A DNA stretch of 64,000 nt from Chitinophagales bacterium. GTDB lineage: Bacteria > Bacteroidota > Bacteroidia > Chitinophagales > UBA8649. The DNA is taken from the NCBI GenBank assembly GCA_020635995.1, contig JACJYS010000009.1, positions 3,738-67,737 of the forward strand, given 5' to 3'. Each line of letters starts with the position of its first letter. Within the stretch, counting starts at the first letter, position 1. Positions 36,953 through 47,197 of the stretch are shown here, in pieces. The translations under genes and the position numbers were made by a program. The notes beneath the pieces are model-generated. The model was not told where the DNA came from, made no database searches, and worked only from the letters and a program-made list of their open reading frames with translations.

Positions 36953-38317
36953 ATGAATTTCTTTAAAGCTTATAATAATTTCTTTAAAAAGTATTTCCCT
37001 TCTCCATTAACAATAGGACTGTTGCTTACCATTATCAGTTTTATTTTAGCGTGGATTTTTACGGCTAAAAATGCAAACACCAATTTTTATGGTACAGAAC
37101 TCATGAATTATTGGTTTAGTGGCATGTTTAAAAGTAGTTTATTGGCATTTACTATCCACATGATGCTTATTTTGGTTTTAGGGCATATTATAGCACTTTC
37201 AAAACCGGCAGAAAAAGTAATAGATTGGGTGCTTAAATTTTGTACAAATACAGCTTCCTCTGTTTTTTTAGTGAGTTTGTTAACTATTTTAGTTTCTTTG
37301 TTTAATTGGGGATTTGGGCTAATTTTTGGGGCAATATTTGCCAGAAAAATAGGCGATAAATTTAAAAAAGAACATAAAGCCATAAATTATCCACTGGTAG
37401 TGGCTGTGGCATACATCGGCATGATGGTTTGGCATGGTGGATTGTCGGGTTCTGCTCCTTTAACTGTAGCCGGGGCAACTCATACTTATGTTAATGAAAT
37501 TGGCGTTATTTCATTGCAAAAAACTTTATTTAGCTCTATGAATATAGTGGCAACATTAATTGTTGTTTTTATAATTCCACTTGTCTTATACTTTTTTGCC
37601 AAACAAACTAAAAATATGGTAATTCCAAACTTAAAAAAGATACATGAACATAAAATTTTAATAGAAAATGAAAACGCTTTAGCTGATAAATTTGAGTTAA
37701 AACCTTATTTAAGTATTTTGGTGGGAGCGGTTATGCTTTTATATTTTGTTTATTTGAGCTACAGCAAAGTTAAAGAGGGTGGTAGCGTGCTGAGCATTTT
37801 AAATTTAGAAACCACAAATTTGTTGCTTTTATCTTTGGCAATTCTGCTACATGGCAATATTAAAAACTTTTTGTTTGCTTTAGAAGAAGCAATAGGGGAT
37901 GTAAGTGGAATTTTAATACAATTTCCCTTGTATTTTGGTATAATGGGAATTATAAACGGTAGCGGATTAGCGGTACTAATAGCCAATGCTTTTACGGAAA
38001 TTTCTAATAATTTTACTTTACCATTGTTTACATTTTTAAGTGCAGGATTGTTAAATATTTTTATTCCCAGTGGAGGAGGGCAGTGGCAGGTGCAAGCTCC
38101 TATTATTATAGCTTCGGCAAAAAATACGGGTGTTTCTATAGAAAAATTAATTATGGCTATGAGTTATGGCGACCAGCTTACCAATATGCTGCAACCTTTT
38201 TGGGCATTGCCATTGCTGGGTATTACACAGCTAAAAGCTAAAGATATATTGCCTTATACTTTATTGTTATTTGTTTTAGGTTTAATTATTTTCACAACTA
38301 TTTTAATAATTTTTTGA
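36953..38317 (+). CDS. atoE: Short-chain fatty acid transporter (AtoE family)
   Basis: FPLYFGIMG, IPSGGGQWQVQAP and YGDQLTNMLQPFWALP match the corresponding conserved blocks of E. coli AtoE. Confidence 0.8.
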   Translation: MNFFKAYNNFFKKYFPSPLTIGLLLTIISFILAWIFTAKNANTNFYGTELMNYWFSGMFKSSLLAFTIHMMLILVLGHIIALSKPAEKVIDWVLKFCTNTASSVFLVSLLTILVSLFNWGFGLIFGAIFARKIGDKFKKEHKAINYPLVVAVAYIGMMVWHGGLSGSAPLTVAGATHTYVNEIGVISLQKTLFSSMNIVATLIVVFIIPLVLYFFAKQTKNMVIPNLKKIHEHKILIENENALADKFELKPYLSILVGAVMLLYFVYLSYSKVKEGGSVLSILNLETTNLLLLSLAILLHGNIKNFLFALEEAIGDVSGILIQFPLYFGIMGIINGSGLAVLIANAFTEISNNFTLPLFTFLSAGLLNIFIPSGGGQWQVQAPIIIASAKNTGVSIEKLIMAMSYGDQLTNMLQPFWALPLLGITQLKAKDILPYTLLLFVLGLIIFTTILIIF

Positions 38318-38368
38318 AAAAAGTCCGTTTATTTGCAACTCAATTGCATTAAGCATTGTTTAGCATTT

Positions 38369-38794
38369 ATGTCAAGAAGCCATAAACATCATCACCCACA
38401 CGACCACAGCGGATTAAAATTAAGTGTATTTTTATCTGCATTGTGTTTGGTACATTGCTTAACGTTCCCTTTTTTAATAGCACTTTTACCTATGGTAAAT
38501 ATAGCTTTTCATCCACCTGAATGGATAGAGTTTACTTTGCTGGGAGCTACGGCAGCTTTAGGTTTGTATTCTATGAGGCACGGCATTTCTATGCACTATC
38601 ATAAATTTGCTCCTTTAATTATTTTTTTAATTGGAATAATAGGAGCTTTTTCTATTCATATAATATGGCATACTCATGAATTAAATTGGTATAAAGTAGC
38701 TTTAGAGGTATTTTTTGCTCTTTTAATAGCTATGTCGCAGGTTATTAATTACAGATGGGCAAATACTTATGCGTGCACAGTGCACAGCCATTAG
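38369..38794 (+). CDS. MerC-like small membrane protein with a His-rich N-terminus
   Basis: MSRSHKHHHPHDH followed by LCLVHCLTFP and four TM helices. ATG at 38369 is preferred. Confidence 0.5.
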   Translation: MSRSHKHHHPHDHSGLKLSVFLSALCLVHCLTFPFLIALLPMVNIAFHPPEWIEFTLLGATAALGLYSMRHGISMHYHKFAPLIIFLIGIIGAFSIHIIWHTHELNWYKVALEVFFALLIAMSQVINYRWANTYACTVHSH

Positions 38795-38825
38795 TTTTGC
38801 TGATTTATCTTTATGAGATTAAAGG

Positions 38826-38890
38826 TATTGCTCTATGGGCATTTACCATTGTAAAACACAAAATAGTCTAATCTATTTCGTGTTTTACAA
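38826..38890. repeat. Repeat family C, copy 2 (inverted); its hairpin doubles as a bidirectional terminator between convergent genes
   Basis: AAAACACAAAATAG-TCTAAT-CTATTTCGTGTTTT (38853-38886). The reverse complement matches 29369-29432 except for about 3 differences. Confidence 0.75.
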
Positions 38891-38894
38891 AGTA

Positions 38895-40352
38895 TTATTT
38901 TTTGCTTAACAACTTTTTTATATCTCGCCCAAAAGCAAAGGCTATAAAAAGTACTAAAGTAGCATTTGCCAAAATTAATTTAATAAACAGGTTGTTTATA
39001 GGTGCAAAATAAAACACTAAGTATATAAATATTCCTATACTTATATAAACTAAGTTTTTTGTTATATTGTACGGCACAGGATAGTATTTTTTGCCCCACA
39101 GCCAAGAGAAAACTGTCATAACAAAATAAGAGAAAAATGTAGCCCACGCACTTGCCCAATAGCCATATTTGGGTATTAACAATACATTTATAAGTATAGT
39201 AACTACGGCTCCTGTAATAGAAATAATAGTGGCATAATGTGTTTTATCGCCTACTTTATACCACACACTTAGATTGTAAAAAATACCCAAAAACAAATAA
39301 GCCATTAATAGAATAGGTACTAAATCTTTCCCTGCCCTAAAACTTGGTCCTAATGCCATTATTATCCAATCTAAATTTAAAGAAACAGCCAAAAAAACTG
39401 CTACTCCGGCTATAACAAAAAAGTCCATAGCTTTAGCTAAAACGGGGAGGGCATCATCATCTTTAGCTTGCTTAAAAAAGAAAGGTTCTGCTCCCATGCG
39501 GTAGGCTTGCACCACTAAACTCATAAAAATGCTTAGCTTGTACGCCATGCCATAAATACCTACTTGCACGTTTCTTTCTTCAAGTGTGCCAGGCAATAGA
39601 TATTTTAGTAAAATACGGTCAATGGTTTCGTTAACAATGCCTGCTAAACCTACAATAACAAGCGGTAAGCCGTATTTGAGCATTTGTTGCCACGTTTGTT
39701 TATCAAATTGTAGTTTTGTTTTAATAATTTGAGGTATAAAAACTAAAAATGTAGCTAAACTGGCAATCATATTAGCGAGAAAAACATAAAAAAGTGCTTG
39801 TTTTTCATCAAAAACGCCACCGTTTTGGGCATTTTTATACATTGGATATAAAAGTGCAATGTTAAGTGTAACCGTTAATACTACATTAAGCAGTTTTATG
39901 GCTACGTATTTTAAAGGCTTGCTTTCTAACCTTAAGCGAGCAAAAGGAATATTGCTAAGCGTATCAAAAGCTAAAATAAGAGCAACCAACTTAATAATAA
40001 AGCCATAGTTAGGGTAAGATAATAGTGCGGCTATTTTGTCGGCACTTAAAAAAATACCTAAAGCAAAAATAAAAGTAGTACCCAGCAAACTAATAAAAGC
40101 AGTGCTAAAAACTTTGTTAGCATCACTTTTATGAGAAGCAAAACGGAAAAAAGCAGTTTCCATGCCGTACATTAGTAGCACATTAAAAAAAGCTACATAA
40201 GCATAAATTTCGGTAATTATACCAACGCCTGCCGGGCTATTGTCAAAAACATAGCTTTGAAAAGGAGCTATCAGCCAGTTTAAAGAACGAACCAGTATGG
40301 TACTAATTCCATATATTAAAGTTTGGTTAGCTAATTGCTTTAATTTGCTCAA
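38895..40352 (-). CDS. Oligosaccharide/polysaccharide flippase (Wzx/MOP superfamily)
   Basis: 485 aa, about 12-14 TM helices, N-terminal LANQTLIYGISTILVRSLNWL. Confidence 0.75.
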   Translation of the reverse strand: MSKLKQLANQTLIYGISTILVRSLNWLIAPFQSYVFDNSPAGVGIITEIYAYVAFFNVLLMYGMETAFFRFASHKSDANKVFSTAFISLLGTTFIFALGIFLSADKIAALLSYPNYGFIIKLVALILAFDTLSNIPFARLRLESKPLKYVAIKLLNVVLTVTLNIALLYPMYKNAQNGGVFDEKQALFYVFLANMIASLATFLVFIPQIIKTKLQFDKQTWQQMLKYGLPLVIVGLAGIVNETIDRILLKYLLPGTLEERNVQVGIYGMAYKLSIFMSLVVQAYRMGAEPFFFKQAKDDDALPVLAKAMDFFVIAGVAVFLAVSLNLDWIIMALGPSFRAGKDLVPILLMAYLFLGIFYNLSVWYKVGDKTHYATIISITGAVVTILINVLLIPKYGYWASAWATFFSYFVMTVFSWLWGKKYYPVPYNITKNLVYISIGIFIYLVFYFAPINNLFIKLILANATLVLFIAFAFGRDIKKLLSKK

Positions 40353-40389
40353 CGGTTATAATTTTTTATAAAGCTAAGAAAAGTCAAAG

Positions 40390-42918
40390 CTAAAGTTTTT
40401 TACTGTTTAATTTTATTTCATCTATTAAAACAGTTCTTGCTTCCCACGGGTTTTTAATTTTTATGTACTGCCCCGAGCCACTTTCTGCCAATTTCTGCAT
40501 TAATTTATCGCCTTCTTCATCTTGCCCAAAACCTATAACCGATAATTTAATGCCCATTTCTTTTACGTGTTTTTTTACTTCTTTATTTAGTTCGTTTTCT
40601 GTCATTAAAGCATTTACTTTACTAAACAATCCGTCTGTGGCTAATATTATCTGATTATTGCCATTGCCAATGTAATGGTAGTTTAATAAATCGTAAGCCG
40701 TTTGTAAACCTCTAACACCATAAGTTAAACCATAATTTTGTAGGCTGTCTATGGCATTTATAATGCTACCTTTGTCGGCTCCGGAAACACCTTCAAGTAT
40801 AACGTTCGTTTTTTGGTTGTAGGCTATTAAAGAAACATTATCTATATCTCTAAGCACACTGGTTAGGTTTTTTATAGATTCTTTCAATAGTTCCATTTTG
40901 TTTTCTTTAGCCATTGAAGATGAAATATCTATTAAGAAAAGTACATTGTTTGCTGCATATTCTGTTCTTGATAGTTCAATGCTTGTTTCTTTAGGAGTTG
41001 TATTTTCAGGAGTGTTTTCTTTAAGCAGTTCTATTTGAGTTTCGTAGTTTTGCTTAGTTTGCTCCAACTGCGAATTAGTATTGTTTATCTCCGCATCTTT
41101 TTTAGAAAGCTCTAATTCTTTAGCCAAAAGTTCATTTTCTTTTTTGCTGATTTCTAAGTTGGCTTTAGCTAATTCTAATTCCATTTTTGCTTTTTCGGCT
41201 TCTATTTGAGCCATTACAATTTGTAAAGAATCTAATGATGCTTTTCTATCATTTTCTTGTGGTTTTGTATCTTCTATTTTATTTTCTTCTACTTTAGTGG
41301 GAGTGGGTTCGTTTATTGGAGCAACTTCTTTTTGCTCTTCTTTTTCTATTACTTCTGGAACTACTTTTTCTGTAGTGTTTAATGCCACTAATTCCGGCTC
41401 AGGCTCTTTGGTAGGTTTTAAATAAACTCTTACTACTTTAGTATCGTCATTAGGGTTTATAGTTATAGTAGTCGGCAAAAAATTATGAGCATCTGCGGTA
41501 AGTTCATACTCATTAATAGGTAGTTTTATTTCAAAAGAGCCTAATTCACTTCCTTTATCATTAACTGTGGGTATTTCATCAGATTTTATTTGCAATTCTA
41601 CATTTGGTATAGGCTGGTAGGTATCTTCATTTACAAATCTAAAGCGGTATTTTGTGCTGTTTTCATATTGTATATCTGGTTTTTCTATCTCTTTTTTCTC
41701 TGGAGTAGAATATCCAAAATCGCCATAATCTTTTACTTCTTTTGGTTCTTTTTCTTCTTTTGGCTTGTCATAATATGCAGATTCATAAGGTTTATATATT
41801 TTTTCCTCTTTTTGGGGTATTGTTTCTTTCTGTTCTTGTTTTGGTGTTTCTTCAATAGGTTTTTCAAAAGTGTTGTGTATAGTGTAGGTATATACTTTTT
41901 CAGGAGTGTTGTTTGTAGTGTTACTCGCTATTGGTTCGTCTTTTTTAGGCAGATTATCTTCATTGTATTTTGGTAAATCTTGTTTTACAAAATTTTCGTT
42001 AGGCGTGTTTACGTCTTCTATTTTATCTATATCATTGTTTTTAATTGGAGCATTTACATTATCGTTTTTAGTGCTTAAAGATTCTTCATTGTATTTAGGA
42101 AGTTCTTCCTTTTTAAAATCTGTTTTTGGCGTAGAAACGTTTTCTACTTTATTAGGTTCATATTTTTCAGTAGAAGAATTGAGTCTATCTTCTTTTTTAT
42201 CTATATTTTCAGAAAGTAAGGGAGTTTTAGAAACAGGAATAAGCTTAATTTTTAGGTTTCCTGTGTTTTGCCCTAAGTAAAAAAAGCTATTATGAGTTTC
42301 AAAACCATTTTTCTTAACTATTACTTGATAATTTCCAAAGGGCAATTTACTATAAAAATTTCCGGTTCTATCGCTTAAAAGTTCAGCATTTGTTTTTGAG
42401 CCTACTTGTTGAAGTATAACTTCGGCATTTTCAATGGGCATATCAGTATCTACATTTACTACCAAGCCTACTAAATCGCCTTTAGTTTTGCTGTGTTCGG
42501 GTTTTGCCATAGGGCATTGTATATATGCCGTAGGAGATAGGCTTTTTATATTTCCTTTTATGGTTAAGTAATAAGCTTCGGGGCTTCTATCAAAATAAAT
42601 AGGAAATTTTCTTGTGAAACTCCCTGTGCCGGAAGTGTAATAAATGGCTTTTATAATTACTTTTTCATTGGGAGCTATGTTTTTATCGGGATAAATTACT
42701 TCTAAATCATTTTCCGAAAAAATGGGTAATATACTTAAACTTACATTTGATTTGTTAACTAATTCAAAAATAGCAGGCTGATTTTCCCACATTTGAATAT
42801 CGCCAAAGTTGTATGTTTGCGTTTTAAACTCAATACCTATTTTCTTTAATTTTTGAGCTTTTAAACTGTTATTGAAAATTAAACCAATAAAAAATATATA
42901 AATTAAGTACTTTTTCAA
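40390..42918 (-). CDS. Multidomain secreted protein: DUF1573-like, CarboxypepD_reg-like, low-complexity repeats, coiled coil, and a C-terminal VWA domain
   Basis: Signal peptide, YNFGDI...FELVN, and GLVVNVDTDMPIENAEV. The VWA MIDAS site is LFLIDISSSM...ILATDG. Confidence 0.7.
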   Translation of the reverse strand: MKKYLIYIFFIGLIFNNSLKAQKLKKIGIEFKTQTYNFGDIQMWENQPAIFELVNKSNVSLSILPIFSENDLEVIYPDKNIAPNEKVIIKAIYYTSGTGSFTRKFPIYFDRSPEAYYLTIKGNIKSLSPTAYIQCPMAKPEHSKTKGDLVGLVVNVDTDMPIENAEVILQQVGSKTNAELLSDRTGNFYSKLPFGNYQVIVKKNGFETHNSFFYLGQNTGNLKIKLIPVSKTPLLSENIDKKEDRLNSSTEKYEPNKVENVSTPKTDFKKEELPKYNEESLSTKNDNVNAPIKNNDIDKIEDVNTPNENFVKQDLPKYNEDNLPKKDEPIASNTTNNTPEKVYTYTIHNTFEKPIEETPKQEQKETIPQKEEKIYKPYESAYYDKPKEEKEPKEVKDYGDFGYSTPEKKEIEKPDIQYENSTKYRFRFVNEDTYQPIPNVELQIKSDEIPTVNDKGSELGSFEIKLPINEYELTADAHNFLPTTITINPNDDTKVVRVYLKPTKEPEPELVALNTTEKVVPEVIEKEEQKEVAPINEPTPTKVEENKIEDTKPQENDRKASLDSLQIVMAQIEAEKAKMELELAKANLEISKKENELLAKELELSKKDAEINNTNSQLEQTKQNYETQIELLKENTPENTTPKETSIELSRTEYAANNVLFLIDISSSMAKENKMELLKESIKNLTSVLRDIDNVSLIAYNQKTNVILEGVSGADKGSIINAIDSLQNYGLTYGVRGLQTAYDLLNYHYIGNGNNQIILATDGLFSKVNALMTENELNKEVKKHVKEMGIKLSVIGFGQDEEGDKLMQKLAESGSGQYIKIKNPWEARTVLIDEIKLNSKKL

Positions 42919-43074
42919 AATAATGTCATTTTAAAAGTGCAATTTTAAAACGCTAAAAATAGCTATTTATGATGCATTATCAAAAAAATGGAGTTCAATA
43001 TGTAAATAATAATTTATTGTTAAACTTAATTTGGTAAAAATCAATTTCTTTCATTAGCTTTACAATATCTTTTT

Positions 43075-43854
43075 ATGAAAAAAATATTAGTATTCATTTT
43101 AATATTAACAGTGCAGTCAACTCTTTTAGCTCAAAAAAGTAAAAAGAGAGAGATTAGCTTAGCTGATGAAGAAAACATGGTTTTTAAGCATGAATGGAGC
43201 TTAGGAGCAAGAATACATACCAATGGATTTAGTGCTTTTTTTGAAAGAGTATGGATTAAAAATATCTGGAAACGAAACGTACTTCAAACAAATTTTTTCT
43301 ACTATAGAAGTTTTAAAGACAGAAAAACAAAATCTATATATACCTCTTATTCCGATGCTGTACCTTATTTTTATGGTAAGCAAAATAATTTTTGGAGTAT
43401 AAATGTATTATACGGACAGAAAAAAGTAATAGCCGAAAAAGCTGAGAAATCTGGAGTAAGACTTTGTTTCGTGTATATGGGAGGCGTTTCATTGGGGATA
43501 TTAAAACCTTATGGCTTAAAAATAATAGAACAAAATGATGTAGGCAATACTAAGGTTTATTTTTATGATGAAAATAATCCGGAGGTATTTTTAGATCCAT
43601 TAAACGCCAATACACATATATATGGTGCAGCAGGAATAGGCGCAGGATTTAATAAAATAAAACCCGTAGCAGGTGCACATTTAAAATTAGGATTAAATTT
43701 TGACTGGGCAAGTAGAGAATCTTTTATTAAAAGTTTAGAAGTAGGTACACAAGTAGATATATATTATAAAAAGCTTCCTGTTTATATTACTAACAGGAAT
43801 AAACCCTATATTTTAAACCTTTATTTGGGCATTCAACTGGGCAAAAGGTGGTAA
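43075..43854 (+). CDS. Hypothetical secreted protein, possibly an outer-membrane beta-barrel
   Basis: Signal peptide MKKILVFILILTVQSTLLAQ, alternating beta-strand-like pattern, and an aromatic C-terminus (KRW). Confidence 0.5.
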   Translation: MKKILVFILILTVQSTLLAQKSKKREISLADEENMVFKHEWSLGARIHTNGFSAFFERVWIKNIWKRNVLQTNFFYYRSFKDRKTKSIYTSYSDAVPYFYGKQNNFWSINVLYGQKKVIAEKAEKSGVRLCFVYMGGVSLGILKPYGLKIIEQNDVGNTKVYFYDENNPEVFLDPLNANTHIYGAAGIGAGFNKIKPVAGAHLKLGLNFDWASRESFIKSLEVGTQVDIYYKKLPVYITNRNKPYILNLYLGIQLGKRW

Positions 43855-43957
43855 TTTTAAAGAAATTACAATAAAAAGACGAAAATTATGTTAATTTTTA
43901 GCTAAATATTCCATATATTTGGCTTGTTTAAATTATATCTAAATAGAAAGCATAAAT

Positions 43958-46900
43958 ATGAGAAAAATTTTACTGAGTGTTTTAGTGGTTGGTATTATAG
44001 CAGTAGCTACATTTTTTGTTTCAAATCATCTAAAAAATGGTGATGTTGCAAATAAAACTGTAGAGGTAACAAAGAAAAGCAATAAGCAACCAAAAGCCAA
44101 AAGAATTAAAGAAGCATTAGAATGGCGTTATGAGAAATTAGTTAATCCTGAAAAAGGTTATTTTGACCCACAAGATTTATACGCAGCGCATAGAAGAGCC
44201 GATTACTTAAAAAATGTACATGCTAAAAGTGGAGCATTAAATTTACAATGGAATTTAATAGGTCCTGACAACCAGGGCGGAAGAACAAGAGCCTTAATGT
44301 TTGATGCTAACGTTCCTAATAAGCTATGGGCAGGTAGTGTAGGGGGCGGTTTATTTGTTTCAGAAAATGGAGGAAATTCATGGGAGAGAGTAGTAAGTTA
44401 TAATGGTAATTTCCCTATAGCTTCTATAGCACAAGGTAGTGATGGAGCTATATATGTAGGAACAGGAGAGGGATTAGGGAATCCTTTATCTGGTGGTAGT
44501 TCAAGTTTTAATTCTCAATCACCTGGAAATGGTATTTTTAAATCATCAGATGGGGGAGCTACTTGGCAACACTTAACAGCTACTAATGATGCTAATGATA
44601 ACCAAGTTATTTCTGGTGGTTGTACATGGTGTGGAGTGAATGCCATATCTGTAAGTCCTATAAATAGTCAAGTTGTTTTAGCTGGTTCTGAGAACGGACT
44701 GCATATTTCATCAGATGGTGGTGCTACATTTACTGTTGCTTCAAGTCCTTTATCTGGTGGGCAAATACAAGCTATACAAATCACTAGTGATGGGCAGATA
44801 GCATTTGCCGTTAGAAATGGTGTACTTTATAGAAGTGTATCAGTAGTGGATAATTTTCAGTCAGGATGGACTATAGCACCTAATGTAGGAACGGGTACGA
44901 GAGCAGATATAGCTATTGCTCCTTCTAATGAAAATTATGTTTATGCTATAGTTTCACGATTTTATAGCCCTCAATATTGTATGGAAGGTATTTACCGTTC
45001 TACAGACGGAGGTGATAATTGGACTAAAATAGTTCAAAGTGGAGCCCCTTCATTTAAAAATGATCCTTTCAATCAGCCTACTTCTCCCTATGGAACTTGT
45101 AGCGGACAAGGTTGGTACGATATGACCATAGCAGTAAACCCTGCGGATGAAAATAAAATATACATAGGAGGAATAACACTTTATACTTGGGGAGAAGGTA
45201 TTGGCTTTAGAAGAGCGGATATTATAGATACAGAGGGAGGAACTCCTTTTGATAGTGATTATATACATGCTGATAAACATAAAATTATTTTTAACCCTCA
45301 AGATCCTACGGGAAATACTATGTTAGTAGGTAGCGATGGCGGTGTTACACTTTGTAATAATGCATTAACAGGTTTTCCAGAAAACTTAAATTATATTCAA
45401 AAAAATAAAGGATATGCAACCTTACAAGTTTATGGTATGGGTGCAGGAGCTTATGGAGAAGTATTATCTGGAAATCAAGATAATGGTTCACAATATATAG
45501 ATGGTTTAGGTAGCTCCGTACAAGCTGCTTCAGAAATATCTGGTGGAGATGGTGTGTATGCAGAAATTTCTAATTTTGATCCGGACGTTATGTTTGCAGG
45601 TGTTTATTTTGGGAGCATCAATCGTTCGGTAAATAGAGGTCTGTCAACAAACAGTTTCTTAGATAAGAATATAGATTTAGGAGCTTGTGGTAAAATTTCT
45701 TGTTCAAGTGGTCCAACTGCTTGTAATTCAGATTATACTAGATTTATTTATCCATTTTATTTATTAGAAAGCTCAAATGTAGCTAACCCAACCAATAGAG
45801 CTACTCTTATAGCAAGAAACGATACTTTATTATTAGCTAATGGTTCTACGCAAATAATTAGAGATACTTTGTATCCTGATAGACAAGTTACAGTTACTAC
45901 TACAGTTTCTGAAAGTGGTACTACGGTAGATAGAGAGGTTATAACTAAAAGTGTATATGAAATAACCAGTTATATTTCTAGTGAAATAACTTTTGAAAGA
46001 CCGTTAACTAGTACTGTTTATCCCGGAGATACTTTATTATTCCCAGATCCGTATGATGCAAAGTATTTTGTAACTTCTACTTGTGGTTTGTGGATGTGTA
46101 CAAATCCTCTTCAAAAAAATCAAGAACCACATTTTTATAAAATATCAAGCTCTTCTTCAAGTATTAATAGTTTTGATGCTACTTCAGATGGAGATAAGTT
46201 ATACTACGTAGTAGGAAGAAGTTTATATATAGTAGAAGGGTTAAACCAAGTAACAAAGCCGTTAGATTCTCTTGATAAATATATATTTAACAATGTAGAT
46301 AGTACAGACCTACCTGGTTGTGCTAACTCATCATGTACTTCCGGATTATTAAATGTTAGAGGACCTATAAGTATTCCTATAGCAAATGGTACAGCACTGG
46401 AAGGCGTTAGTGTAGATAAAAATGATCCTAATACTGTTTTAGTTACAGCTAATGGTTTTAATAGCTCAGGAAAAGTATATAGAGTAGAAAATGCTTTATC
46501 AGGTTCTCCTACTATTACTGCATTACAACAGACAGATGCTACATTGCCTTATATGCCTGTTTATGATTGTGTAATAGATATAGATGATCCTGATAGATAT
46601 ATCTTGGCTACAGAATTAGGTATTTGGACTTCTAATGATGCAGGCTTAACTTGGAATGAAGAAAATAATGGTTTATTTGGTAGAATACCGGTTTATAGAT
46701 TACGTCAAGAGTGGATGTACGAAGAAAGTTGTCACGTATTATATGCAGGAACTCACGGAGGTGGTATGTTTAGATGTACTACTTTAACAAGTGGTGGATG
46801 CGATACTGAACCATATAAGTGGCCAGATGATGAAACGGGTATTGTAAATACGCCTTTAGCATTGACAAATGTTAATATTTATCCTAACCCTGTTATTGCT

Positions 46901-47119
46901 ACTACAACTGTAGAGTTTGATTTAAAGAAAAATGCAGATGTAAACTTAAGAGTATTTGATATGATGGGAAGAGTAGTTTATGCTCAGTCTTATGGCAAAC
47001 TAAATTCTGGTGTACAAGATAAACAAATTGATTTAAGCAATTTAACTACAGGAGTTTATTCAGTTACCATTAGCGTAGATGGCAAACTACAAGGAAATAA
47101 ACAAATAGTTAAAAAATAG
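43958..47119 (+). CDS. BNR/Asp-box repeat (sortilin/VPS10-like beta-propeller) protein with a T9SS C-terminal sorting domain
   Basis: Repeated SxDxGxTW motifs (SENGGNSWE, SSDGGATWQ, STDGGDNWT, SNDAGLTWN). The C-terminus reads IYPNPVIATTTVEF...GVYSVTI...KQIVKK. Confidence 0.75.
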   Translation: MRKILLSVLVVGIIAVATFFVSNHLKNGDVANKTVEVTKKSNKQPKAKRIKEALEWRYEKLVNPEKGYFDPQDLYAAHRRADYLKNVHAKSGALNLQWNLIGPDNQGGRTRALMFDANVPNKLWAGSVGGGLFVSENGGNSWERVVSYNGNFPIASIAQGSDGAIYVGTGEGLGNPLSGGSSSFNSQSPGNGIFKSSDGGATWQHLTATNDANDNQVISGGCTWCGVNAISVSPINSQVVLAGSENGLHISSDGGATFTVASSPLSGGQIQAIQITSDGQIAFAVRNGVLYRSVSVVDNFQSGWTIAPNVGTGTRADIAIAPSNENYVYAIVSRFYSPQYCMEGIYRSTDGGDNWTKIVQSGAPSFKNDPFNQPTSPYGTCSGQGWYDMTIAVNPADENKIYIGGITLYTWGEGIGFRRADIIDTEGGTPFDSDYIHADKHKIIFNPQDPTGNTMLVGSDGGVTLCNNALTGFPENLNYIQKNKGYATLQVYGMGAGAYGEVLSGNQDNGSQYIDGLGSSVQAASEISGGDGVYAEISNFDPDVMFAGVYFGSINRSVNRGLSTNSFLDKNIDLGACGKISCSSGPTACNSDYTRFIYPFYLLESSNVANPTNRATLIARNDTLLLANGSTQIIRDTLYPDRQVTVTTTVSESGTTVDREVITKSVYEITSYISSEITFERPLTSTVYPGDTLLFPDPYDAKYFVTSTCGLWMCTNPLQKNQEPHFYKISSSSSSINSFDATSDGDKLYYVVGRSLYIVEGLNQVTKPLDSLDKYIFNNVDSTDLPGCANSSCTSGLLNVRGPISIPIANGTALEGVSVDKNDPNTVLVTANGFNSSGKVYRVENALSGSPTITALQQTDATLPYMPVYDCVIDIDDPDRYILATELGIWTSNDAGLTWNEENNGLFGRIPVYRLRQEWMYEESCHVLYAGTHGGGMFRCTTLTSGGCDTEPYKWPDDETGIVNTPLALTNVNIYPNPVIATTTVEFDLKKNADVNLRVFDMMGRVVYAQSYGKLNSGVQDKQIDLSNLTTGVYSVTISVDGKLQGNKQIVKK

Positions 47120-47133
47120 TTTATTAATAATGC

Positions 47134-47173
47134 AATTACAAACGCCACCTTATTTTTGGTGGCGTTTGTAATT
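47134..47173 (+). terminator. Strong rho-independent terminator
   Basis: AATTACAAACGCCACC (47134-47149), loop TTATTTTT, GGTGGCGTTTGTAATT (47158-47173). Confidence 0.8.
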
Positions 47174-47197
47174 TATATTTAACCCTAACCTTATAAA

